From Sarea resinae (Eukaryota): DNA of 64,000 bases. This document shows, one piece after another, positions 39,650-52,592 of this stretch. The notes beneath the pieces are model-generated. The model had not been told where the DNA came from. It ran no database searches and saw only the letters and a program-made list of their open reading frames with translations. The stretch lies in NCBI GenBank assembly GCA_026026165.1, contig JAPEUD010000003.1:496001-560000 (forward strand), read 5' to 3'. Within the stretch, counting starts at the first letter, position 1. Every line of letters begins with the position of its first letter. The position numbers and the translations under genes are program-made.

Positions 39650-40876
39650 GCGCCCACATCTCACCCGCAGGCGGCGGGCGCATCCCTCACGCCATATCAA
39701 ACGCATCGGCGAAAATCGTCCCCCTTCGCTACCGGATAAAGACGGAAAAGACGGATCAAGCCGGAAATGCACCGCAAATTTCACATCTCACATCTGGTTC
39801 CTGGTTTCGGGGGGTGGACTGGCCGACCAACCGACCGCGTGCGCGGACTGCTGCGGGCTGCATGCACAGCTGCACTGCACGACCTAAGTGAGCAAGGTCG
39901 TTCCGGAGCCACTATCCCACAATCGAAAACCTTGTGAGCTGAGGCCACTTGCGCACATACTTTACACGCATACGTGTATCCCGCAAATCTGTTGTGTATC
40001 GGCGGTAGGCAAGAGATCAGATGCAGCCAGTCGTCAAGAGAAAAATCCCGATCTCGAGATCTAGAGTACATAAGACGAATGTACCAATCGATAAATTGCC
40101 GAGCCCTGGGGTCCGGAGTCCCTGCCGGGTTCCAAAGTGGTATGCGGATCCGAGGTGTCGAACACTTCGTGCCTCGAAAGAGCTCTGCTGCGTGTTTCAG
40201 GCTGACCAGGGCAGGGTACAGAAAATACTCTCGGAGAGATTTGCTGAGATACCTGTTTCGCTTGCCTGATCTGTTGCATGAATGAAGGGCGGAGAAGCTG
40301 CGGAGAAAAATTAGTTGCCGGCTTGACTGCTTGCGACGCCGATGCAGATGGACCTGTGAGAGAGCATGGAGAGAGAATCAAAAAAACAGCAAGGAGCATT
40401 GACAGTCTCTGTAATTTGTATTAGGGAGCTAGCGATATGTTCGTGAATTGATGATTGCCTTTTTCCTGCTTGATAACAAGCATAACAAGCTTCGAACGTC
40501 TAGTAAATAGGTAGTATAAAGAGTAGAGAGTAGGAAATCTATAGGTTTCGGTCAAAAACATGTTTAAAGACGTTCTCAATAGAGGTAGGATTTCTCGAGG
40601 ACATTACTAAGGACAAAGGTGTGTAGTTGAAAAGCAATGGAAACCGAAAAGCGAAAATATCCATCGCCATGGTGCGCTGATGTAGAACCCCGCCGCCGTC
40701 TATAGTTCGTTCGTGATGAGTTGAAATCATTAATACCGCTGCTGTATGACAAATGGAAAAAAAGACTCTCAAAAGCAACCTCTACAGATATGAACGCCCG
40801 AGAAACTCCCATAAGACCGGCTTGGGACGGGAAATTGATCAGAGGATCCAAACTCCCGAATGAGGGCCGGCGAATT

Positions 40877-42130
40877 CTAATATCGGTCACTCAGGTCACC
40901 GCCTGCGACCGAACCATTCGCTGAGGAGCTGCCGGACGAGAAACCGCTATTGACGTTGAGCAGGTCCTGCACAGCCACTTTCGGCACCTGCGGCACCGGC
41001 AATTTTCGCTGTGTTCCATCCGATCTCGACATGATCTCGCTGATTCTCAGACCCGACGAGGGCGACTGCTGATTCATCGACGGACTGTAAGTTTGCTGGC
41101 CGTCGGCTTGAGGCTCCATCGGCGCCAGAGCGGGGGTGTGCTGGAGAGAAAGATGGCGGATGCCCGGAAGATGAATCTCGTTCATACCGTAAGGCCTCAG
41201 TCTCGGTGAGTGCGCGGGAGTCGCAAGCGGAGTGTGATCGGGTGTTGGAGAGCAAGAGTCGTGCGAAAAGGTGGGCGAAGATGGAGCTGTGGACATGGGA
41301 GAGTTTGGTCTCGATCGCTTCGAGCGGTGCATCGGCTGATCTTCGTCCTCGTGCGAGTGAGAGCGCGACATTGGATGTGACGAGTAGGCATAAGCTGAAA
41401 GTGAGGGAAGCCGGCTACCCGTATGGTAACCGCCGTGGTGCGTATGCCTATGCGGCATGCTGTACATCGATGGGTGATCTTCCCGCTCCACTTGAGAAGC
41501 CGCAGTCGCGAGCAAGTTGATGTCGAGGGGATTCTGAAGACCGTTCGGACTGCCGCCGTTACTTCGACCGCCAAAGGGTCCCAAGGCCGAGGGCAGGTGG
41601 CTCGAGTATGCCGAGTACGAGTGAGGGGGCGAGACATTTGGTGACCCAACCTTGGAAACAGGCGCTGATCGAGAGATGGTCTTTGGTGGCGGTGGCATCA
41701 TCGAGGAAGAATCTGCGAGACCGCTCACCACGGCGGCTGCAGCGGCAACCTGTTGAGATTTGTTACTTCTTCTCGAGTTTGGGTTGTTGTGTATTCTGGA
41801 GTGCCTCGTCAACTCGTCCGATCGACTGAAGCGCTTGGTGCACCCTGGAAACTGGCACGCGTGAGGTTTTTCTCCAGTATGCGTTCTGATGTGTCGAGTT
41901 TGGTGCTCTAGACGATGGAATGCTTTGTCGCAGAGAGGACACTTGTAGGGTCGAGGCAGATCTTGTCGGTGGTCCTCGCCGCCCGGCTGAGCACCACCAA
42001 CGAGTGGCGGCAGTAGACTGACTGCGGCCGAAGCCATTTGATTTTCTTGAATTTCGCCGAAGGATGATGAGGATGGTTGTTGAGGATTCAGCAGATTAGA
42101 GAAATCTACTGCGGACGTTGCTCGTTGCAT
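40877..42130 (-). CDS. creA: Carbon catabolite repressor CreA/Cre1 (C2H2), intronless
   Basis: [16 protein letters not shown] start, two zinc fingers ([33 protein letters not shown]), poly-Ala, SHED motif, conserved [27 protein letters not shown]-terminal [10 protein letters not shown]. Confidence 0.97.
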   Translation of the reverse strand: MQRATSAVDFSNLLNPQQPSSSSFGEIQENQMASAAVSLLPPLVGGAQPGGEDHRQDLPRPYKCPLCDKAFHRLEHQTRHIRTHTGEKPHACQFPGCTKRFSRSDELTRHSRIHNNPNSRRSNKSQQVAAAAAVVSGLADSSSMMPPPPKTISRSAPVSKVGSPNVSPPHSYSAYSSHLPSALGPFGGRSNGGSPNGLQNPLDINLLATAASQVEREDHPSMYSMPHRHTHHGGYHTGSRLPSLSAYAYSSHPMSRSHSHEDEDQPMHRSKRSRPNSPMSTAPSSPTFSHDSCSPTPDHTPLATPAHSPRLRPYGMNEIHLPGIRHLSLQHTPALAPMEPQADGQQTYSPSMNQQSPSSGLRISEIMSRSDGTQRKLPVPQVPKVAVQDLLNVNSGFSSGSSSANGSVAGGDLSDRY

Positions 42131-42286
42131 GTGATGTTTGCACGCCGTTGGCGATGCGTGCGAGTGATGATCTTCGGAAAGGTTTTTGGTTGTATGACGA
42201 GGAAAAGATACCGAAATGGGGGTGTGGGAAAAACTTATAGCGACCGACCCACGCTTCGGAATGATGAGAGCGAGGGAGGGAAGGAT

Positions 42287-42303
42287 GGGGGGGGGGGGGG
42301 GGG
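42287..42303. repeat. G17 homopolymer in the creA upstream region
   Basis: Direct observation. Confidence 0.9.
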
Positions 42304-44335
42304 TGTTCGTAGTGGGACGGAGTACAGAAGAAAACGTGGGGAACGGGATTCGTGTAAGGTAAGGTAAGACAAGGTATGCGTGTGTATGGAAGTAGCCCTG
42401 GAGGTACTTTCGTAGGGTACCTAGCGTAGCGAACTGAGCGAAATGTGGGCGCAACTTGAGTTTAGACGGAGCCTTGTCAGAGCGCGACGAAGATCGGCCG
42501 GAAAGCCACTTGGAGTAGTAATAATCAGTCGTGCTTTCTTGTGCTCGTCCTTTTCCTGGTCCTGGTCCTGGAGGAGGGGGGGGTCGTGATGGCGATGGCG
42601 ATGGTGAAAGAAACTGGGGAAGAAAGAGGGGATCAGGGGTTATTATTCGTCGAGGTGCAACGAGTGTGATGTGAGAAGAAGAATGGTGCCGTGACTTTTC
42701 CTCTGTTTGATCTCTATCCGTGCTTTGACAGATTCTGCGCTCTTCCGGGGCCCAAGTCCCGTTGTGGTATGCGTGGTATGAGATGATGGTATGGTATGTA
42801 CGAGTCACTACTACGGGTACTCGCGAGTAAGGTACGAATACGTTGCGGTCGTCGTGAGCTGGTAGAGTCGAGTAGTGTAATAAGGTTGGCGATATGTCCC
42901 TCGGTCGTATGAAGTAGTACAGCAGCAGTCCGTCAGGTAGTCACTGGCCAGGTACCTCAGAGTCGTAGTCGTCCTCCAAGTGGTGGACGTAGTAGTAGTC
43001 GCAGTCGTGGTGCTATTGCCGATGAGCGATGGGTGTTGACTTGCGGTTAATCGGCGCAAGGGAACTTCGCTCGACCTCGTTCGGCGGTACCTCTCGCCTG
43101 CACCAAACAGACAAGTGTACGGATAGACAGGCACGGTCGGTGTTTCTTGATCGTAAAACCGATCTAGAGGATGAGAGGAAAGGATCAGAGATGAGATGAT
43201 GGGCTGAGACGCGAAAATCAACTGAGCTCAGCCAAGCTGAATCGACCCAAGCGAGAGTACAAGGTCGTCCTAGTACCGTGTGAGCCACCGAGGCCAGCAA
43301 ATCCGAGTACTCGAGGCCAGTAGTGGTGGTAGTAGTGGCCAGGTCGAGCCAGGGCTACTCGACTCCAAGGTCTCCAGTATGGGGCGCGTTTGATCTATAC
43401 AGGGCCCCGACTGCCCCGTCCACGGCACTCGACAAGATGACAGGGCGAAGAAAGCCGTGGAAGATGAATGAATTGTGGCTCGTTGCCGGCCAAGGGACGA
43501 TGAGTAAAGGCTGGGTACGGGGATCTTGGGCTTAGGTTGCTGGATCGAGTCTAGGGGGAAGAACCTTACAGCCCAAGTCGCGCGCGGAGACCACCGGGGT
43601 TCAGGTCTCGGCGGCCGGTACTCCAAGCATGGAATTTCGGAAGGGAGTGGTTAAAAATCTGTTAAAAGTCGCAACAGGAACAGCACTGCGTATGCTGACT
43701 GGACGGGGCTGGGCCGATTGCGGGTCAATCGGGAATAGGATCGAGGCGATGATTTCGGTCTGACTCCTTGCTGACTCGTTTGTTGCTGTTGCTGGACTGT
43801 CACTCACGCATTCAATGGGAAGTACCTTGCGGTCAGGTACGCTTCATCCGTGGCTGACGCCTTGTTATCATTACTGAGGAAGTGAGATGGGAGTGTGCTG
43901 GGCTTCCTTTCTTTCTTTCTTTCTTCCTCTCTGTCTCTATTTGCCAGTGATATGATGGCAGTCTGGTCTGTCGCAAGTACTATGTAAGAGCCCGATATTA
44001 TTGTCGATGGGACGAAGTTGCCGAGGCGGAAAAAGTGGATCGATTACTACGTGAATGAGTTGCCCGGAGTGCCGCCGCGGTCGTGGTCGTGGACTGCGTG
44101 GTAAATGATAGCTTCTGATGCCGATGCGGACGGTAAATCCTCTTGGTGGGGAATCGTTGGAGCGACTGACTGGGGCGATCGAGTGATTTCCGTGGTCTCC
44201 AGGGGGGATGCTGGTCGCTTCCCAGGATCAGATAGGCGCCCGTGGGGTGATAATCGGTTGATTGAGCCACGGATCCGACCGAGAAGACTTTCTTTGTACA
44301 GTACAGGCCAAGTCGGATACGATGTTGATGACGAC

Positions 44336-44384
44336 TGATGAATGATGAATGATGAATGATGATGATGATGATGATGATGATGAT
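44336..44384. repeat. (GAT)n/GAAT microsatellite
   Basis: Direct observation. Confidence 0.9.
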
Positions 44385-47300
44385 TACATATATTGCTCGT
44401 TCCTCCTGCCAAAGAATTGATGGTCACAAGAGATGGATTTCTTATCACTTTCAAAATGGGTTGGACTGGTGGCGCACACTGGTACGCACACTGGTGCGCA
44501 CACTGGTCCGAGTGACAGGAATCTGGCGATAAGCAATGGTAGCGTTGGAAGGTACCTGAGATGAGAATGTGATGATCTCACATGCTTACAGGATTTCACA
44601 CACGGAAAGGGGGGACTTCGGAAGCCTGGGAGGATGAAGAGCGACTTTAACCCTGCTGCTCGTTTCGCCTTCTCCTACTACGGAGTAGTCTTGAGGTCAA
44701 GACTTGAACAAGGCGTACTGCGCAGTAGCTACGTGCAATTTCAGGTGCGAAAGGGTGACACGACAGATGGTCAAGAGGGTGTCCTCTGGGGTTGTCTCTA
44801 AAGAGACATCTGGGGCTTGCTGAGGACGACAAGGTTTCTCCGCCGTCCGAATCAGACGCCTCTACGGGAGGCGGTGGGGGTTGTGCTGGGCTGGTCGCGT
44901 CAGGATGCGCCCAGGAATCGACAGGTTGGCAACGTGCAAGGGGGAGATGAAAATCCGTGGGGGAGTTATGTCGAGATTGGCTGCCATGGTCCCGTGTCAG
45001 CCTTAGGTGGTCAGGTACATCGAATCCAATCCATTCAGCTATTGTCCCTTGTGGGCGACAAGATCAGATCGGACCCTCGGACAGGACAATAAAAATGAAT
45101 GATTGCCACCAACCAACGAAAACAAGGACAGCTGCACAAGGACACCTTACTTTCGCAGCTTCGGTGAATCAGGGGTTCCCTACCGTATATACGAAGCGGT
45201 ACGGAGTAGTGAGGTACATCCGTAGTAAAACTCCGATGAGCATTGATATTGCGGGGGAAGGATGTTCAGGTAGTCAAACGATCTTTCGCTTTCGGGTAAA
45301 GGCCCCGTCATGTGTCACAGAGGACTTTAGGCAAGATCCGTACGAGTAAGAGGTCTGAAATGAAATGATATTGCGGAGAAGCCAATACCAGTGCATGTCT
45401 CAACTGGGCGTATGCCCGGTATGGTCGGTACGGAACGCAAGTACCTTCACAAAGGTGCGTGCCCAAATGCGGAGTCACAAAAGGACCATGGATCACATGT
45501 ATGGTCTCACATTCGATCAGGCATTGTTGTCGTTCTGCTCAATCCCAACAGGGCTCCTACCCCAACATAAAATCGGCTCTCCGGACCGGGCGCGGAGTAG
45601 TCGTAGGGGGGAAGACATGGAGGGGGGGCGTTATTTTCTCTTACATGCGAACAAACGCAGTGGATCTTCTCCTCGAGAGAGAGGATCTGGGCAAACGATA
45701 TGGCGTGATGCGGTCTAAATACGGCGTTCGATACGGTGTCCTGCGTCGTCGTGAGACCACAAACATCAGATGACGGAACTCCACAGAAGCGCTGCAAATG
45801 GCAAGGAAAAGAGGCAAGGCGAGGTACTTTCCCCGTCGCTACGTATTAATTGTCCTGTCCCTGCAGCAGCGTATGAGTGAGTTTTTACTTTTTTGCACAT
45901 CATGGCTGGACTCCAGGGCGACCGAGGTACGAAGTACATGATGGATGCGCCGACCTGTACAAACTCCGGAGTACAATTGGAGCACTGGGCTGGGCTCTCT
46001 TCTCCAGCGTTAGAGTACCCCAAGGTACTTCCCTGACTGCGCAGTACCTTAGAGTCCTTTAGAGTCCCTCTAGAGTCGAGCAATCTGTGCTCCGCAGAGT
46101 ACGGAGTACTTCGTACCTCCATTTGGTACCTTCATTTAGTACATGCATTCCCCAGCAAGCCACTGCTATGGCTGCCGACGGTGGACATGCCCACCTACGC
46201 TGTACGCTGTACGCAGCATCCATGGATGACACAGCCTGGAGGTCGGTCTCGGTAGAGCGGTCGGGACAAGTCGGGAAGCATCTACGGAGGAGGAGAAAGC
46301 TGCACCCCTCGAAATGGCAAAGATGATCTGCCGCGGATATTCGCTAGTCCGGCTTCTGAAAGCGCCTACTTCGAGTACGAATTCTCCGACCGAGTCTGGA
46401 CTGTTTGATGAAGATCGTTCATTACTATTTTCCGGCGAGACTAAAATTTCGCCGAGATTGCGAGACGTCCTTGCGCCGTACTTCCACCATCTCGTCGGAA
46501 TTAAGCATCGATAGCAACAGCAGCGACGACGGCATCAGCAGCACGATAAGGTACCTCGAGGCTCGTGCAAAAGGCCGGCAAAGGAGAGCAAATCACAGGG
46601 AGATTGGCACGAAAGGGACGGTGGCATTGCCATCCGACTTGGAGACGCTTGGAGAGACAATCAGACCGGAACCTTGGAACGTTGTCTCTGTAGGTTTCAT
46701 TTGGTGGAATGGGTGATGAGTGATGATGCATCGACCGATCGATCGATCGATTAATCAAGCACCTCAGTCAATCAATCAATCAATCAATCAATCAATACGT
46801 TCCGTTCCGTACATGGACGAAATGCAACGAATTGAAGTTCAGTCCAACTTGGATTGTCATCGACATCTTAGGTAGAGTTTGGTCGATAAGGACAACAACC
46901 ACCAAATACTCTACTCCGTACTCGATCGAGTACTGTTGTGTTGGATGGTTGGATCCATGGATGTACCGTATCCATGGCTCATTGATGGATCATCTCTTCG
47001 TTCTTCCGAATTTCTATTCTTGCCGGCCATGTTGTTCCGAGCACCCCTGGCCCTTCTGCTGACTAACCTGGCGTGACTGGGCTCAAGCCACCGACTCCCG
47101 TCAGTGACTCAGATTCGCCACCGCAACTTGCGCCAACGGCAGCCCCCAGGGCCCAGGCACGTCAATTTCCAACCCTCTCACCCTCCGCCCTCCGCCCTCC
47201 GCCCTCTCGCCGTCTCTCTGCATCGTCTCATCTCCTGGTCCCCCATCCCACGCGGGCCCTTATCGCCAGCTTGTTCATTCTCGCTCTTCCCCATACATAC

Positions 47301-49764
47301 GTCAGTCAGCGCACACGGGCCCTAACTCTCAAGGGGCATGGCTGGGGAAGAGCGCTAAAGTCCAATATTCTACCCCCCGCGCCCCCCATCCCACGTTCCT
47401 TGACCTGATTCGGCAGGTCATCGACATACTCGTACTTCCCCCATACATTCCTAGCTGACGATCAATCCGGGGCTCCACACCCATGGTTGCACCTGCAAGC
47501 TACTGCGCAGGAGAGGACAGTTGTACCCCAAGTGCGACCCGACATCTTCTTCCGCTCGTCCTATCACTCGGTCCAGCCCACCAATAGAGACAGCCCGGTT
47601 CAACCGAGAATCTGGTTGACCTTCCCTCCGCATCTCGCACTGCTGCAAGGGACCATCTTTCGTCACTCATTCGACACAGGGTTCTCCACATGGAATGTCC
47701 AAGTCTGGAGCAATTCCTCCCCGCTGTCCTTCTTCGGCCATGAGCATTTCCCATTCGTCGTCTCAGGAATCCCATCTATTGACCGACGTCCGTTTTAGAT
47801 CACCGGGCTGACGTCTGCAGGATTCGTTGAGACATGTTGATCGTTGGGTTTTCTGAGCCGTCTCCTTATTGGGCTGTCTACCTGCTCCATACGGAGCCTT
47901 AAGCGAAAAAGCGTGGAGGGCCTTGCATGATTTGCATCATACGTGTCGGCAGCATCAGTTCATGGCCTCATTTTCGGAGCAACTTCCTGTCGAATGGCAG
48001 TTGCTATGCCTGTCTATATTATTTCACTTGTTTATGATCACTGCAGAGCTAAAATTTATGTGGCTTTTCCTGTCTTGCTTTATTCGAAAAGGGGTGATTC
48101 CCCGCTCACATCAGAACTAACTCCTCGCTCGACGAGAACGAGAGAACTTCTTCGCGAGTTCTCTACGTCATGTCTTGAAATTAAAGACTACCACCACCAA
48201 TTAATCGATTAGGCGTATTTGTCTATTTAGACCGATTTGCTTTCACTCCTTTAGGCCCACGCATACCCGTTGAATAGCAAGTCAAACAGAAGCAAAAGGT
48301 AATACTAAGGTCATACAATACTAACCGCCATCGTCTCCTTTCGACCTTCGTTTCTGTCATATCCCTAGCTCAGACGAAGCTTGAAGCTTCATATCCATCC
48401 TGACAATGGCGCATCCATCCATCCGCTCATCCATCCTCAGCATGTCAGCGGACCTCGTCATTATCGGCCACAAATAATAGCACCGCTGGCGTGGCAAGGT
48501 ACGGCACGGAACGGTATGGCATGGCATAGCACGATATGAAATCCTCAATTCTAGAACGGCTCGTCTGTTCCACTCTGGAGGGTTGATCATCTGTGGCTTT
48601 GCCACGCAACTCAATTTAATCCACGACATCGTCTGCTTCTTCTTCTCTCCCCTCTCTCCTTTCCATTATCATATCTCCTATCCTTGGCCCGCACGACTGA
48701 CTCAGCCAGCCAGAGAGTCGTTTAATCCAGTCTAATACAATCCAAGCCGGTACCATCACCATCACCATCACCATCACTATCGCCATCGCCATTCTCCTCC
48801 CCCCTCCCCCCCCTCCCCTTCCCCTTTTTCCTTTCCAATTTCTGTAAGGTCCAGTAAATAGGCAAACCTGTTCCTACGTGCGCCAAAAAAAAAAAAGACT
48901 ACTATACCGCGACTCATCCGGGCGATGCCAATTTGCCTAGTAAATAGCAGCGCACCTCACGAATTCCCGTTTCCAGTAAGTAACCACAAGCCACGCAACC
49001 GAATAGAATGGCAACGAAACAGACCGGAATGCAGCGTCATGGGTATCTAGATTATTACTACCCAAATCCGACCCAATGATATCATCTTATTTCATGTTCT
49101 ATTCTATTATCTCATCTTCTATTCTATTCTATGATATGATAATATTGCATCCTCTGATCCCCATTTTCTTTGATCTCTCACTCTCCTCTCCCCCCACTCT
49201 GCCGGCGGAGGCCGTGTTTGATTGGCCGGATAGTGGTAAGCAGAGCTGAGCTGAGTTAGTTGAGTTGATTTGAGTAGAGTTGAGTGGAGTTGAGTGCATG
49301 AAATCGAGTAGGCCATGCTGACCATCCCTGAAACATGCTCCGAGGGAGAGAACCAAAAGAAGAAGGGCTTGGAGCGGAAAGGATATCGGGGTTTGGGAAC
49401 CGAGAAAACAGGGACAAAAGGGGAGGGGAGGGGAAAGGGGGAAAGATAGAAGAAGTGTGTTTATGTGATTATAGTCTTGGTTTGCAGCATCTGCCTTTTA
49501 GTATTGGGGTTGGGGACAGAAAAAGTTTGTTTATCTATCTATCTAACCAGCTCGTCAGGTAGCCAGCTAGCCCGGACAAAGATCACGTATATCAGCCTCT
49601 TCTACTGCCCTCCTCGATTGATTGAATTATTTTTTCTGCTACTCTACTCTACTCTACCGCACGCATGCATTGTCTCTATTTCAGGTCCGGCAGGGGAAGA
49701 AGCACTGGTGAGCTGGCTGACCAACTAATTAATCAGCCATCTACCTCCCCACCTTTCTTAGGCA

Positions 49765-51864
49765 TTACTTCCACCCACCATTGTACACGCGGCCGTGACG
49801 ATCGGGCTCCGAGTAGCTGGCTGTCGCGCACCAGGGATCCTCGGTCGCGCTGTAGGGCGTCAGAGGTAGGGAATACGGCATGCGAAATCCGACAACCGTT
49901 TTTGCCCGTCGGATGGGTTGGGCTGCGATTGTGGCGTCAGCGGCAGTAGTATTACCGACCCCCTTTCCTTCAGCCTCAGAGTCGGTCTCTGGCTTAGTCT
50001 CCGACTCGGCGTGAGACCGATCAGGTAGATCCCGTCCAAAGACAGGCACCATCTCCATTTCTTGCTCCATAGACCCGACCCCGTCGCTTTTATCTTCCGC
50101 AAATAGAGCAGGCCAGACCACAACGCCGATCTCCCAGCTGCAGATCCGGACTTCGTGGCCTCCATAGGCTGGCGGCGCGGCGCCCCAAGCTTGCGTCGAG
50201 AGATTGGCGGATGTGACTAGGGCCCAGTCGATTTGCGTCATGGAGGGTGAGGTGAAGCGAACGTAGGTTTTGATGTGGGGTGCTGCGAGAGATCTATGTG
50301 CTTCGCGACGGTGGACCTCGGTGGTGTTGTCTGACGGAGAATGAGAGGAAGAAGAGGAGCTGGTCCAGTGGCGGAGAAGAGGACGTAGGTAGGCCACTTG
50401 TTTTGCCTGCGCTGCGGTTTGAATCTTGGTGTGGATAGAGGTGCCGGAGGAGTAGCCATCTAAGGACTCTCGAATTTCGTGGGCCGTGGGGAAGATGATG
50501 TGGTGTTGTGGGGACGCAGTATCCTTGATTGAGCCCGTGGCAGGTGCTAGGGCCGAAAAGAGAGCGTTGGTCAACCAGGAGGAAGTCTGGCCGAGGGTTG
50601 CGATCGAAGAGACCTTTTGGTGACAATTCAGCTCTGACATGGAGACCAAGAGAGATATAGCGGGAGACTAGTTACCTGTGTGACGATCTGTGAACGTTCG
50701 TTCTGCAGCGTATCTTTCGTAGGGATAGAACTGAGAACCTCTCTCAAGCCTGGCCAGCCCCAAAGCGTCTTGCCTTCGGCTCGAGCTTCTCGAGCATCCT
50801 GTCGACAAGGTATACTTCCCACGATGGCAGCTTTGATCTCGCTGAAATCGAATCGGACAATCTCTTTTGTTAGAGATCCCGTTTTACTTTGGCCGTAGGC
50901 TCGGAGATATGAAAGTAGATCTTGCTTGAACCTCTCTCCAGACCCGAAAGGAGGCTTAGTTTGATTGACAAGGGGTTGGCCATATTCCAACTCTTTATCG
51001 GGTAGGAGAGGTAGCAATGGAGATCGCCATACCGCCTGCGTCATGTTTGTCCAGTCTTTAGGGATCATGTTGGCTGTATGAATAACAATCCTTGAAAGAT
51101 TCAGTATTGATTAGCCGTGAAGAGCAAGTAAACGTACTGTGCGTATCCGTCATGGCGGAGCAAGACCATCATTTTCGTGTGATGTGTCCCAAAAGGCTCG
51201 GGCATATATGCTGTTACCGGCTTGACATTCGGAAAGCGTCTGCAGGCATCCTACAGTTGAAGTTTAGCTGGACTATAGGGTATATTGAAGCGAGATTAAG
51301 CTTCCTACCTCAAGATAGATCCGCAGAGAGTCCTCCTTCTTCCACGCTCCATGTACAATCTTGACTTGGACCAGACCGCGGACATCTTCGTCGAAAGCAT
51401 CCCTATATCGTACAAAGTCAGCTATGCTTTGCCAATACTTGTCGAAAAACAGACATTAAAAAGTCCACATCATATAGATAATTGAACTGCCAGCATTCCT
51501 TAATTAGAGGATCTCCGATGATATCTGAGAGGCTTATCGTATCGACGTTGCTGGAGGGCGGAAGATCTCTGATACGGGTGAGCTGTATTGGTGAGGGAAC
51601 TAGCCTGATTTTAGGGCCATGAAGGACTGGGGCTTCGATCTGCTCAAAGTGTTGTTGGATGCTCTGCTCGATTGCCTGCCCGGATCCTAGCTGACCAGGC
51701 ACCACGCCTTTCTGTGGGCAAGTGCCTCGAAGTGGGGGAGTGATCGAGCGACTCAGTGATTCTAGCAGCATTTCATCCCTGAAGCCTAGTTTGGAGTCCT
51801 CTTGTACGTCTAATTTGCGTCTTTTGGCTGAATTTGGCAGCTCGATTTCGCGTTCTTTATCCAT
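49765..51864 (-). CDS. TDP1: Tyrosyl-DNA phosphodiesterase 1
   Basis: PSPIQLTRIRDL, WQFNYLYDVDFLM, catalytic FGTHHTKMMVL and AAPHIKTY..SANLSTQAWG; multi-exon; alternative start at 51891. Confidence 0.93.
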
Positions 51865-52592
51865 GTTTGGCCGTCCAACGCACAGGATCATGAGCTAAAC
51901 ATCTCCGAATTGGATATTGGGACCGAAAAATTGTGATACGCTAGAAACCTTTTAGGAAATAAATCGTATGGCGAAGGCCCGTAATTATACTGAGGTAGGC
52001 GAACGCTCATGCAAGATGATACAGTGAGAACGTAGCATTCATACGCAATTGGACCTGAAAACTTTCGACTCGCGACTAAGCTAGCATGTATGAGCTTATG
52101 ATCCAATTTCAATCCGCGTCTAGAGTCCGTTCTCTAGTCGGAGGCTGATCAGAATCAGGATTGTATCCTCTCCATTTCTAGGAATATCAATGTTCAACAA
52201 CAGCTCTTATAGCCACATACCTCGAATTGGTTACCTTTGAATAAGATATGGATAGAAGGTCAGACTTTCCGCCCACGGCAGTACCAGTCAACACTCCTGA
52301 GTATTCTATCGAGGTACATAAAAGGCGCCGTCGGTCGTGGAAGGCATTATTACCTATGGATACCTAAGAGGAATGGTGTTGATTATTGACTTGTGGGGTT
52401 GGCGGCGGATCATATCTAATCTTTAGATCTTATCTACAGCCCGACGATCGCATCGCAGATCTAGAACATCACGTTCCGATGGATGGATGCCATCCATGAA
52501 TCTTCTTGCCATATGAATCTACAGTCTTTTCAAACAGGTACGAAAACAGTTCCCCAGAGTTTCCAAGACCATGATATCTAACTTTGGGAAGT

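Noticed and set aside
41240..41270. CreA conserved block reads HDSCSP rather than HDSLSP
   Set aside because: A single substitution that I recall in other ascomycete CreA proteins; not evidence of novelty
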